From Ignavibacteria bacterium UBA7675 (GTDB taxonomy: Bacteria; Bacteroidota; Ignavibacteria; Kapaibacteriales; UB7675): 64,000 nucleotides of DNA. The notes beneath the pieces are model-generated. The model saw only the letters and a list, made by a program, of their open reading frames with translations. It did no database searches and was not told the origin of the DNA. The position numbers were made by a program, and so were the translations under genes. The stretch covers positions 223 to 64,222 of the forward strand of contig DLHF01000080.1 of assembly GCA_002483085.1 (NCBI GenBank). Direction: 5' to 3'. Below are positions 47,070-56,101 of this stretch, in pieces. Each line of letters begins with the position of its first letter. The stretch's first letter is position 1.

Positions 47070-50051
47070 CTATTCATTGCCGATATCGTCGCAATGATAA
47101 TGATGCTCTTCGTGTTTTGTGGGTTTCTGTGTTTTTGCGCCGCCGCGTTTGGCTTCGGCCATTTTGCGGAGAAGGCGCTCGCGCTCGCGTGCGATGTCTG
47201 CGCGTTTTTCAAGATCGGTAGCGCGGTCGTAGTAGCGAATGCCATCCACATATGTTTGCTCGGCTACGGCGTACACCGAGAGCGGATGCTCGTTCCACAC
47301 AACAACATCGGCGTCTTTGCCTACGTTGATGCTGCCTGTGCGGTTATCGATGTGCAGCAGCTTGGCGGGGTTGAGGGTGACAAATTTCAGCGCTTCTTCT
47401 TCGGACACTCCGCCGTACTTTACTGCCTTGGCAGCTTCTTGGTTCAGCCTGCGCGCCATCTCCGGGTCGTCGGAGTTGTAGGCGGTGACAATGCCCATGT
47501 CGTGCAGGATTGCGCCGTTGTAGGGAATTGCGTCGATCACTTCGTATTTGTAGGCCCACCAGTCTGAAAAGCTCGATGCTCCGGCGCCATGCGCTTTCAT
47601 TTTGTCGGCCACCTTATAGCCTTCCAGAATATGCGTAAAGGTGTTTACCTTAAATTCAAACTGCTCGGCTACGCGCATCAGCATGGTGATTTCCGACTGC
47701 ACGTAGGAATGGCATGTAATAAATCGTTTGCTGTTGAGAATTTCTACTAAAGCATCGAGCTCCAGATCGCGCCGGGGCGATTCGCCTCGCTTGATAGCGC
47801 GTTCGTACTCCTGTGCGCGTGTAAATCCGTCGATGTACACTTGCTCTACGCCCATGCGGGTCTGTGGGAAGCGCACGACGTTTTTATCGCCCCAGTTGGA
47901 TTGCTTTACATTTTCGCCGAGGGCAAATTTTATAAAGCCATCTGCTCCTTCAAATTTCAGTGCTTCAGGAGCCACACCCCAGCGCAGTTTGATAAGCTGT
48001 GTCTGCCCGCCTACGGGATTGGCCGAACCGTGTAGCAGGTGCGAGGTGGTGACGCCACCCGCGAGCTGGCGGTAGATGTTCACGTCGTCGCTGTTGAGCA
48101 CATCGCCGATGCGCACTTCGGCTGTGATTGCCTGCGTCCATTCGTTGACGCCCTGGCTGATAGCTATGTGCGAGTGTTCGTCGATAATGCCGGGTGTGAT
48201 ATGCTTGCCAGTTGCGTCCACCACCGTAGCTCCGCTCGCATTGAGGTTTGTGCCTACCGCAGCAATCTTTCCTTTGTCGATAAGGACATCTGTTTCTTTG
48301 AGCACGCCGCTGGCCTCGCATGTCCACACTGTTGCGTTTTTCAGCAGCACTTTTTCCTGCACAGGCAGTTTTTCCCAGCCGTACTCTACGTTGGGGTAGG
48401 TAAGCGTGCCGAGCACATCAGGTTGCATCACAGAATCCTTCCGTACTTTTGCGCTGAAGGGGGCTGAAAGGCGGGCTGTCCACGATATCCATCGCCCATC
48501 GGAGTGCTGGCCTCGGCCCGACCATGTTGTGCCCTCTATCCAGCCGCTCAGTCGCACGCTGTTGGAGGTCGGAAGTGTGTCGGTAGCAAAGCGCATAGTA
48601 ATCGCATCATCGGTGCGGGAAAGAGCTGCATCCAGCGAGTCTTTGCCGCGTACTATTCGGGTTCTTACGGATTCAGGAGCGCCGTCGAGGATCAGCGTCA
48701 TGCGCTCCGAACCGTCGATAGTCATATCGTACACACCGCGTAAGTCGGCAAGTGCACCGGCAGCCGTGCGATAGCGCCTACCGTCTACCCAGTTCTCGTA
48801 CACCACAGTGCCAGCGTCGAACACATCGCCGGATGTAACAATGAAGTTGGCAATTCTGCCGGGTTCGAGTGTGCCTATTTTGTCGGCGAGGCCGATCATC
48901 GCTGCAGGCTGGCGGGTAAGCGCTTCGAGCGCTGTGCGTTTGCTCAGGCCGCGCTGCACTGCAAGCCGGATATTAGCTAGAAATTCTTTCTTATCTTTTA
49001 AGAGGGCAGGTGTCAGGGCAAAGACAATTCCTGCTTGTTCTAACATTGCAGGGTTGGAGGGAGCGAGCTCCCAGTGTTTCAGTGTTGCAAGCGAGATATT
49101 GCGCGCATCGAAAGGGTCTTCGACGTCGAATGGTATGGGGAAATTGACGGGGATAATAAAGCGAGCACCTGTTGCCTTGAGCTCTGCTACGCGCTGGTAC
49201 TCGTCGCCGCTGCCTCGGATGATGTATTGAACGCCAAATTCATCGCCTACTTTGTCGGCGCGCAGTGCGGAAAATTTATCTTTTACTTCAAAGATTTGCG
49301 GGAGCGACTGCCGTGCATTCCACGCTTCGAGCGTAAGGTTGTACTCGTGGTGCCCGGCGTTGCGGTACCATGCCGCGTCTAAATAGGTCTGGCGCAGAAG
49401 TGCAATCGAGCCCATAAGCGAGCCGGGGTAGTCCTGCGTGGACGTGCCCTTGTCGAATGAATAATGGGCTGCTGCTCTGTCGCGTACTAATAGTTCGTTC
49501 TCGCGCTGGTCGCCCAGCAACACAAATGCCGACGTGCCGCGAGCGATGCCGTCGTGCTTGTGGGTAAGCACAGCGCCAAAGCCAAGAGCGCGCAGTTCGG
49601 CGGCCTTGTCGCTGCTGGCTGTAAACAGTGTATAGGAGTCAACTTCGGGGTTGAGCGCCTGATTCCAGCCGTGAGCGCCCTTTTTCTTTGTGTCCATCTG
49701 CGGACCGCCTTCGCCTTCTTCCTCTTCATCGCCCGCTGCTTTTTTCTGTTTTGTTTCCGGTAGGCCGTACTCGCTATCGAGGTCGATAAATGCGGGATAC
49801 ACCCACTTGCCGCCCATGTCGTACCGCACTGCACCCGCCGGTATTGATACCGCGCTGCCCGCCGCTACGATCACTCCCTTTCGCACGACTAATGTTGCAT
49901 TGGAGACGATTGTGCCGGGGCTGGCAACCAGCGTTACATTGGTAATAGCATACAGCTCTGCACGTTCGTCGCGCACGCCATTAGTAGGAAAAGTTTCCTG
50001 AGCAAAAAGAGTTGGCGCGCACGCCAGCAGGAAGATGAGGACGTATTTCAT
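47070..50051 (-). CDS. Exported double-domain amidohydrolase family protein
   Basis: Two amidohydrolase units: first with PAFIDLDS (no HxH), second with PGIIDEHSH; also HSY, HILE, NSDD. Confidence 0.9.
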   Translation of the reverse strand: MKYVLIFLLACAPTLFAQETFPTNGVRDERAELYAITNVTLVASPGTIVSNATLVVRKGVIVAAGSAVSIPAGAVRYDMGGKWVYPAFIDLDSEYGLPETKQKKAAGDEEEEGEGGPQMDTKKKGAHGWNQALNPEVDSYTLFTASSDKAAELRALGFGAVLTHKHDGIARGTSAFVLLGDQRENELLVRDRAAAHYSFDKGTSTQDYPGSLMGSIALLRQTYLDAAWYRNAGHHEYNLTLEAWNARQSLPQIFEVKDKFSALRADKVGDEFGVQYIIRGSGDEYQRVAELKATGARFIIPVNFPIPFDVEDPFDARNISLATLKHWELAPSNPAMLEQAGIVFALTPALLKDKKEFLANIRLAVQRGLSKRTALEALTRQPAAMIGLADKIGTLEPGRIANFIVTSGDVFDAGTVVYENWVDGRRYRTAAGALADLRGVYDMTIDGSERMTLILDGAPESVRTRIVRGKDSLDAALSRTDDAITMRFATDTLPTSNSVRLSGWIEGTTWSGRGQHSDGRWISWTARLSAPFSAKVRKDSVMQPDVLGTLTYPNVEYGWEKLPVQEKVLLKNATVWTCEASGVLKETDVLIDKGKIAAVGTNLNASGATVVDATGKHITPGIIDEHSHIAISQGVNEWTQAITAEVRIGDVLNSDDVNIYRQLAGGVTTSHLLHGSANPVGGQTQLIKLRWGVAPEALKFEGADGFIKFALGENVKQSNWGDKNVVRFPQTRMGVEQVYIDGFTRAQEYERAIKRGESPRRDLELDALVEILNSKRFITCHSYVQSEITMLMRVAEQFEFKVNTFTHILEGYKVADKMKAHGAGASSFSDWWAYKYEVIDAIPYNGAILHDMGIVTAYNSDDPEMARRLNQEAAKAVKYGGVSEEEALKFVTLNPAKLLHIDNRTGSINVGKDADVVVWNEHPLSVYAVAEQTYVDGIRYYDRATDLEKRADIARERERLLRKMAEAKRGGAKTQKPTKHEEHHYHCDDIGNE

Positions 50052-50123
50052 AGCCGTAGAACAGGTACAGGTTTCATGAAGTTGGATAAGTTACACACGA
50101 AGGGGAAAAGAACCAAAAAGGGG

Positions 50124-50326
50124 GCGCTTCGGTCTCCGGCCCCGTGTTTTCTCTCCGCACCGCGCAGCACATCCGCCGCGCCGTTGTGCGGCCTTCATCG
50201 CAGTGGTGTTGCGGTTGGTCGTCCGGTCGTATTCTCTCTTCGTGGCGGCTTCCGGTTGGACAGCGGACAGCCGGGCTTGCGACCGGTGACAGCGACCGAG
50301 CACGTGAGCAGCGACGCCCGTGCCAC
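50124..50326 (+). repeat. Dispersed intergenic repeat, modules A...C
   Basis: gcgcttcggtctc...cgcaccgcgcagcacatccgccgcg...ttgcgaccggtgacagcgaccgagcacgtgagcagcgacgcccgtgccac. Confidence 0.92.
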
Positions 50327-50372
50327 CTATTTTTTCACGACAACGTTTCTGTGCCGACCTGCACGGCAATTG

Positions 50373-51314
50373 CTATTCTGTACCTGCTTCTAATAGTTCC
50401 AATGTACCTTTGCTGCCGTCGATACGCGCCATTGCACCAAAAGGCAGCGTGAGTTTCTTTGCTTGGTGCCCGTACAAGAGATTGCCGAGCGCGGGCAGGC
50501 CGAGCCGCTCTACATATTCTTGAATTACTGTGGAAACAGGCGGTTGTGGCGTGGCTGATCGGTCGGTGGGGATGCCAGTGAACTGCCCGAAAGCAATGCC
50601 ACCAGCTTTTGCGAACACTCCTGCATTTTCCATTTGTGAAAGCAAGCGGTCTATTTTGTACGGTTCCTCGCCGATGTCTTCTATCAGATAGAGCGCTTTG
50701 CGTTCGGCGGGGGCAAACGGCGTGCCGCACAGAGACGCGAACAGCGAAAGATTACCGCACAGCAGGCGTCCGCGAGCCGCGCCCGTGCGCAGAGTAACAA
50801 TTTCCTCGGGTTGTGCTATAACGCCAGCAGGCTGGGTGGACGTAAGTATATTCCAGAACGATTCCTCGGCGTAGGCGTCGAATTCATCGCGCATGTCTAC
50901 CGATGGCATTGCGCCGGAGAATGTAACAAGCCCTGTCTTGCGAAATATAGCCGATTGCAAGGCTGTGAGATCGGAGAAGCCTACAAAAATTTTCGGATTG
51001 GCGGCGATCAGGTCGTAGTTGAGCCGTTGGAGAATCCGCGAGGTGCCATAGCCACCGCGAGCGCAGAAGATGGCGTGGATTTTGGGATCGGCAAACATCG
51101 ATTCTATGTCCTCTATGCGCTCGTCGTCGGTGCCTGCCAGGTAGCCGTTATAGCGCCGGAGCGCGTGCTTGCCGAGCTTCACGCGATAGCCTATCGATTC
51201 CAAATACCGCACCCCTCGGTGCAGATATTCGTCGTTGCGCTGCGGGGAAGCAGGAGAAATAACACCAATAGTAGCGCGGCGTTTGAGGGGGGGAGGTTTA
51301 CGTACAGTTCGCAT
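50373..51314 (-). CDS. ldcA: LD-carboxypeptidase (S66 family)
   Basis: RGGYG, GFSDLT (Ser), GNL, IEDIGE (Glu), YGH (His). Confidence 0.9.
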   Translation of the reverse strand: MRTVRKPPPLKRRATIGVISPASPQRNDEYLHRGVRYLESIGYRVKLGKHALRRYNGYLAGTDDERIEDIESMFADPKIHAIFCARGGYGTSRILQRLNYDLIAANPKIFVGFSDLTALQSAIFRKTGLVTFSGAMPSVDMRDEFDAYAEESFWNILTSTQPAGVIAQPEEIVTLRTGAARGRLLCGNLSLFASLCGTPFAPAERKALYLIEDIGEEPYKIDRLLSQMENAGVFAKAGGIAFGQFTGIPTDRSATPQPPVSTVIQEYVERLGLPALGNLLYGHQAKKLTLPFGAMARIDGSKGTLELLEAGTE

Positions 51315-51371
51315 AGAATTGGCATGAGCTGTCGTTTCGGGCGTTCTGCCAGCAGGTGCCGCGAAACGGTA

Positions 51372-51818
51372 TTACGAGGAAAAGGGGGAATTGTCTGAAG
51401 AATCGCTGTCGAATCGCGCGAGGTTGCCCCGCAGCACTGTTCTATAAGTGTACACAAGAAAGGACAGGCAAAGCAAGAGCACTGCCGAGCCGCCCACAGT
51501 GCGGCGAAGAGCCTCACTCCACATATCGCTCCAGACGAACAGCGCTGCAAACAGCACCAGAGCGATGCCCGGCAGCCAGAGAAGAATCTTACCTGCGGTT
51601 TCTATGCGCTTTCGCAGTGCGAACCGCTTTGGCATGGCTCCTTCTCCTGCTTCGGTTATTACCTGTTGAAGATCGGCGCTGCTGTAGCCTCGTGTGCGTA
51701 GTTCGTCCTTGCAGGCTTCCACGTAGTCGAACGGATAACCATAGCGCTCCCGGTAGATGACGACATTCACAAGGCGTTCATCGGAGTAGGAGCGCAGTTT
51801 ACGCAGCGAAAACCGCAC
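51372..51818 (-). CDS. Hypothetical membrane protein (possibly the 3' part of a frameshifted gene starting at 51990)
   Basis: 148 aa, GTG start, two hydrophobic helices; this frame opens exactly at the A7 tract at 51841-51847. Confidence 0.6.
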   Translation of the reverse strand: MRFSLRKLRSYSDERLVNVVIYRERYGYPFDYVEACKDELRTRGYSSADLQQVITEAGEGAMPKRFALRKRIETAGKILLWLPGIALVLFAALFVWSDMWSEALRRTVGGSAVLLLCLSFLVYTYRTVLRGNLARFDSDSSDNSPFSS

Positions 51819-51822
51819 GAGA

Positions 51823-51990
51823 TCAGTACCGTGAAAGCGATTTTTTTACTACCTGCCACGTAATGGCAGTAACGCCTATAAAGAACAGAGCGCCTGCCCA
51901 GATACCGACTTCTTCGCCGATAACGACGAGGAAAATTGAAAAGGCAAAGGAGAGGACTGCAATGATAGCAATGTACAGGATAATCATCAT
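51823..51990 (-). CDS. Small two-helix membrane protein (possibly the 5' part of a frameshifted gene)
   Basis: Manual translation MMIILYIAIIAVLSFAFSIFLVVIGEEVGIWAGALFFIGVTAITWQVVKKSLSRY* (55 aa), 18 nt after the hflX stop. Confidence 0.6.
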   Translation of the reverse strand: MMIILYIAIIAVLSFAFSIFLVVIGEEVGIWAGALFFIGVTAITWQVVKKSLSRY

Positions 51991-52008
51991 AGGGATATAG
52001 AATAAATA

Positions 52009-53358
52009 TTACTGTTGATCGGGTCGTTCAGAGCTGCGATTAGTCAGTTTCTCAAAAAAATCAGCATATCGCTTTTCTGCTTTTATTGTGAATTCGGCGC
52101 CATGCTCTTCGTCGCGCCGTTCGATAACCTCCCCATAGCGATACAGCGAGGGAACGAGGCTCATCGCTGTGTACGGCACGGTAAGATGGTATGTCTCGAA
52201 CTGTTGTTCTTCCATTTCCATCATTTTTTGCTGTAGTTCGCCAATATTGATGCCGCGTGCTGCGGAAATAGCTACGCTGTGTTCGTAGAGCGTGTGCAAT
52301 GTATGCACTTCTTCGAGCGATTCGAGAGCGTCAATTTTATTGAATACCAGCAACGTGGGTTTCTGATGTGCACCAAGTACCTCAAGGGTTTGGCGCACTA
52401 CCTCGATATGGTCGCTGTAGCGGGGATGGGAAATATCCACCACGTGCAGGATCACATCGGCTTCTAATGTTTCTGCCAGCGTACTGCGGAAAGAAGCGAT
52501 AAGGTGCGAGGGCAGCTTGCGAATAAACCCTACAGTATCCGAAAGCAGAGCCGGTTTGCCATCTGGCAGTTTGATATTGCGTACTGTTGTGTCGAGCGTA
52601 GCAAATAGTTTATCCTCCACCAGCACATCAGCGCCCGAGAGGATATTCATCAGCGTCGATTTTCCAGCATTTGTATAGCCGACAAGGGCAAATCGCGGCA
52701 GCGACTCGCGCCCTTTGCGCTGCTGTTCGCGCTGCACAGCAATTCTACCGAGCTTTTCTTTTAGCTGAGTAATACGCGTGCGCACCAGGCGGCGGTCGGT
52801 TTCGATCTGGGTTTCGCCAGGGCCTTTTGTGCCTATACCACCAAACTGCTTGGAAAGGTGGGTCCACATACGAGTAAGACGGGGCAGCATATACTGAAGC
52901 TGCGCGAGCTCTACCTGCGTTTTTGCTTCCATGCTGCGCGCATGCGAAGCAAAGATATCGAGAATGATACCGCTGCGATCCATCACCTTTACCTTGAGTT
53001 CGCGCTCTAAATTACGCACTTGCCCAGGGGAGAGGTCGTTGTCGAATATCACCAACGCGATGTCGTTGTCCTCAATTGTCTGCCGCAGTTCTTCCATCTT
53101 GCCACGGCCCACAGCAAAAGCGCTGTCTAATCCCGCTCGTTCCTGATATACTTTTTCCAGAACAAGGGCCCCGGCAGTTTCTACCAGAAATTCGAGCTCA
53201 TCGAGGTGTTCGAGCGATTCTTCCCGATCCATCGACTTTAGGCCAACACCGACAACTATCGCCTTTTCTCGTGGTTTATCAGTTATTTCGTGTAGCGTTG
53301 TCTCTTTCTTCAAGGTTATTCTATCCGGATAATGAAGCCGTTGCTCGTTGTTGTGCAT
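52009..53358 (-). CDS. hflX: Ribosome-splitting GTPase HflX (start uncertain)
   Basis: ILDIFA, QVELAQL.Y..PRL, GPGETQIE, GYTNAGKST, DKLFATLD, DTVGF, NKID. Confidence 0.96.
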   Translation of the reverse strand: MHNNEQRLHYPDRITLKKETTLHEITDKPREKAIVVGVGLKSMDREESLEHLDELEFLVETAGALVLEKVYQERAGLDSAFAVGRGKMEELRQTIEDNDIALVIFDNDLSPGQVRNLERELKVKVMDRSGIILDIFASHARSMEAKTQVELAQLQYMLPRLTRMWTHLSKQFGGIGTKGPGETQIETDRRLVRTRITQLKEKLGRIAVQREQQRKGRESLPRFALVGYTNAGKSTLMNILSGADVLVEDKLFATLDTTVRNIKLPDGKPALLSDTVGFIRKLPSHLIASFRSTLAETLEADVILHVVDISHPRYSDHIEVVRQTLEVLGAHQKPTLLVFNKIDALESLEEVHTLHTLYEHSVAISAARGINIGELQQKMMEMEEQQFETYHLTVPYTAMSLVPSLYRYGEVIERRDEEHGAEFTIKAEKRYADFFEKLTNRSSERPDQQ

Positions 53359-53575
53359 ACATAAGTGCTGTGAACGCGCTAAAAGTATGCACGAGTACAC
53401 AGCACAGCAGATAATGGCATTGCATTTGCGGGAATTCTCTGCGTATCTCCAAGCTGTACACGAGCATTGCAGAAATGCCGCCGTGCACATGTAAAAGCGT
53501 CGCCAAGTTAGCGATTTGACGAAATATAATCAATACAACACGAAGAAAGCTTGTGTTTCATCGCAGAACGGGCAA

Positions 53576-53584
53576 TGTGGATAA
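53576..53584. promoter_or_regulatory. Single consensus DnaA box in the hflX/dnaB divergent promoter region
   Basis: TGTGGATAA, the reverse complement of TTATCCACA. Confidence 0.4.
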
Positions 53585-53857
53585 GTTGAAAAAAAGATGA
53601 GAAAAAGATTTCACAGGCATGGACAAAACAGCTATCTTTGCTCCCCATTTTTCCCGGAGCTTAGCACGCAAAAAATTTAGTCGGGTGGAGTGTTTGCACA
53701 AAGCCAGGTGTTTTGTAAGTTGCTTCGCCCCTTGTTCGGTGTTTGTGGCAGTCGGTCGTGGTTAATAGAATATCTTATTCATTATATATTAAAGGCAGCA
53801 GATTTGGCATCCGGCTTTCTCAGTGAACAGGAGTACGGGAATTATCCCATCGACAAG

Positions 53858-55300
53858 ATGACGGGTAGCAAGCAGCGGCGTTCTGCGAACGTTGTACCGC
53901 TTACCGCAATGGGGGATAAGGTTCCGCCGCATTCCGCAGAAGCCGAAATGGCGGTGCTCGGGTCGATTATGCTCGACAAGGCCGCTATTACCAAGGTGAT
54001 TGAAGTATTAGACGCCGACAGCTTTTACCGCGAGGCCAACCGCCGTGTGTACGAAGTGATGCTCGGGATGTTCAACCGCAGTATTACTATCGATCTTGTC
54101 TCCCTCAGCGAAGAGCTTCGCAGGCGGGGATTGCTAGATGTGATCGGCGGTTCGTATTACCTTACCGAAATCAATGCCCGCACGCCCTCGGCAGCGAATG
54201 TAGAGCACTATGCGCGCATTGTGCAAGAGCACTACCTGAAACGCCGTCTTATCGAAACCGCAACGCATATCCTTGAACGCTGCTACGACGATGGCTCCGA
54301 TGCGCTCGATGAGATAGATCGCGCTGAAAGCCAGATATTTGAGATTGCCGAAAAACGCCTTGGTAAGAGCTATCAGGAAATGAAGCATCTCGCTCACCAG
54401 ACTTTCGAGATGATTCTCGGCCTTACAGAGCAGTCCGGCGAAAGCGGTGTAAGCGGCGTGCCCTCTGGCTATGTAAAGCTCGATGAAAAATTAGGTGGTC
54501 TGCAGCGTTCCGATCTTATTATTATTGCCGCGCGTCCCTCGATGGGTAAAACAGCGTTTGCTCTTTCTATTGCCCGCAATGCCGCTGTGGAAAGCCGTGT
54601 TCCCGTTGCTGTGTTTTCTATCGAGATGGCCGCTGTGCAGCTAGTAATCCGTTTGCTCAGTGCCGAAGCGCGTATTAATGCACATGCTATTCGTACAGGC
54701 CATATCAGCGATGAAATGCTGCCACGCTTAGCGCAGAATATTGGTATGCTGGCAGATGCTCCGATTTTTATCGACGACAGCGCTGCTCTTTCGGTAATGG
54801 AACTTCGCGCAAAATGCCGCCGCCTGAAAGCCGAGCACAATATCGGGCTGATTATTATCGACTACCTCCAGCTTATGCACGCGGCAAAAGCCGAAAGCCG
54901 TGAGCGCGAAATTTCGATGATATCCCGCTCGCTGAAGCAAATTGCCAAAGAGCTCGATGTGCCTATTATCGCGCTGTCGCAGCTCAATCGCTCGGTGGAA
55001 TCCCGAAGCGATAAACGACCGATGCTTTCCGACCTTCGCGAGTCTGGCTCTATTGAGCAGGATGCCGACGTGGTGATGTTTATCAATAGGCCGGAACACT
55101 ACGATATTACAACCTACGAAGACGGCTCGCCTACAGAGAATACAGCGGAAATTATCATTGGCAAGCAGCGGAACGGTCCTATCGGTACGGTGCGCTTGGC
55201 CTACCTGAAAGACTATGCCCGCTTTGAGAATCTGGCGTTCCAGCACGAAGAACCGCCCGACTACTCTACTAATATCGACTTTGAAGCTCCGGCGTTCTAA
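53858..55300 (+). CDS. dnaB: Replicative DNA helicase
   Basis: PPHSAEAE.AVLG, AARPSMGKT, IDYLQL, LSQLNR, DLRESGSIEQDAD, KQRNGP; no intein. Confidence 0.98.
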   Translation: MTGSKQRRSANVVPLTAMGDKVPPHSAEAEMAVLGSIMLDKAAITKVIEVLDADSFYREANRRVYEVMLGMFNRSITIDLVSLSEELRRRGLLDVIGGSYYLTEINARTPSAANVEHYARIVQEHYLKRRLIETATHILERCYDDGSDALDEIDRAESQIFEIAEKRLGKSYQEMKHLAHQTFEMILGLTEQSGESGVSGVPSGYVKLDEKLGGLQRSDLIIIAARPSMGKTAFALSIARNAAVESRVPVAVFSIEMAAVQLVIRLLSAEARINAHAIRTGHISDEMLPRLAQNIGMLADAPIFIDDSAALSVMELRAKCRRLKAEHNIGLIIIDYLQLMHAAKAESREREISMISRSLKQIAKELDVPIIALSQLNRSVESRSDKRPMLSDLRESGSIEQDADVVMFINRPEHYDITTYEDGSPTENTAEIIIGKQRNGPIGTVRLAYLKDYARFENLAFQHEEPPDYSTNIDFEAPAF

Positions 55301-55320
55301 ACCGAACAACAAAGAAAAAC

Positions 55321-55358
55321 GAAAGGCGCTCTGTCCATGCACAGAAGCGCCTTTTTTC
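55321..55358. terminator. Terminator after dnaB (probably bidirectional)
   Basis: aaaggcgct.ctgt...acag.agcgccttttttc. Confidence 0.75.
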
Positions 55359-55426
55359 ATGAATATTCGTTGTATCCCGAACTACACTGTGCAACTCTGT
55401 GCAGCAGCCGATTGCTGGCAGTCGCA

Positions 55427-55738
55427 TCAGAAGTCGAACAGATCGTCCAGAAAACCACCGCGTTTTTTCTTTTTGTCGTGGCCGTGCTCGCCGTGGTAAT
55501 GGTCGCGCTTGTGGTCGTTATCGCGTGAATAAGACGGCCTGTGCCCGCTGTTGAAATCGTCGTACTTGCTGCTATCGCTGTGTTTTTTACCGCCCTTGTC
55601 GGGCACCGATCGCTCGATGATTTTATCGAGCTCACCGCGATCCAGCCATACTCCACGGCAGCTCGGACAGTAGTCGATTTCAATTCCTTGCCGCTCGGAC
55701 ATCACGAGCTGTACATTGCTGCACACCGGACATTGCAT
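55427..55738 (-). CDS. zf-TFIIB (zinc ribbon) domain protein
   Basis: CPVC...EIDYCPSCRGVWLDRGELDKI; C-terminal KKKRGGFLDDLFDF; gagga upstream of the ATG. Confidence 0.9.
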   Translation of the reverse strand: MQCPVCSNVQLVMSERQGIEIDYCPSCRGVWLDRGELDKIIERSVPDKGGKKHSDSSKYDDFNSGHRPSYSRDNDHKRDHYHGEHGHDKKKKRGGFLDDLFDF

Positions 55739-56101
55739 AGATTCCTCGTATAAATGGTAAATAATTGTTCAGCCGGGTAATACCAGTATTGCGCGTTGCC
55801 TGCAATACATTCGGGCATTACACCGGAGTTATACTTCTACAGCCGTATTCGTGAACACAACACCCGCCGCCTCTGATGAGTTCCGGCGGCTAAACCGCTA
55901 CTTTATTGGAGCAAAAGTGCTTCCGGGTTGTGGCGCTCTCCTTTTGTTCGCCTATAGAGAAATCTATTTTTGGAGTGATGGAAATTGAGTAGCTTTCACT
56001 CTTGAACAGTTTCGTTTTCTTTCCGGCGTCAGGCACGTTGTCATAGACAGTGGTTTGGTATCCGGAGGCGGGGAGAACAATCCTTATCTATTCCAACGAG
56101 T

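Noticed and set aside
53576..53800. Replication origin (oriC)
   Set aside because: Only one consensus DnaA box and no dnaA or other origin-associated genes adjacent.
53690..55300. Possible intein or N-terminal extension in DnaB
   Set aside because: Helicase motifs are contiguous; the extra N-terminus comes from an upstream GTG, and ATG 53858 gives a normal length.
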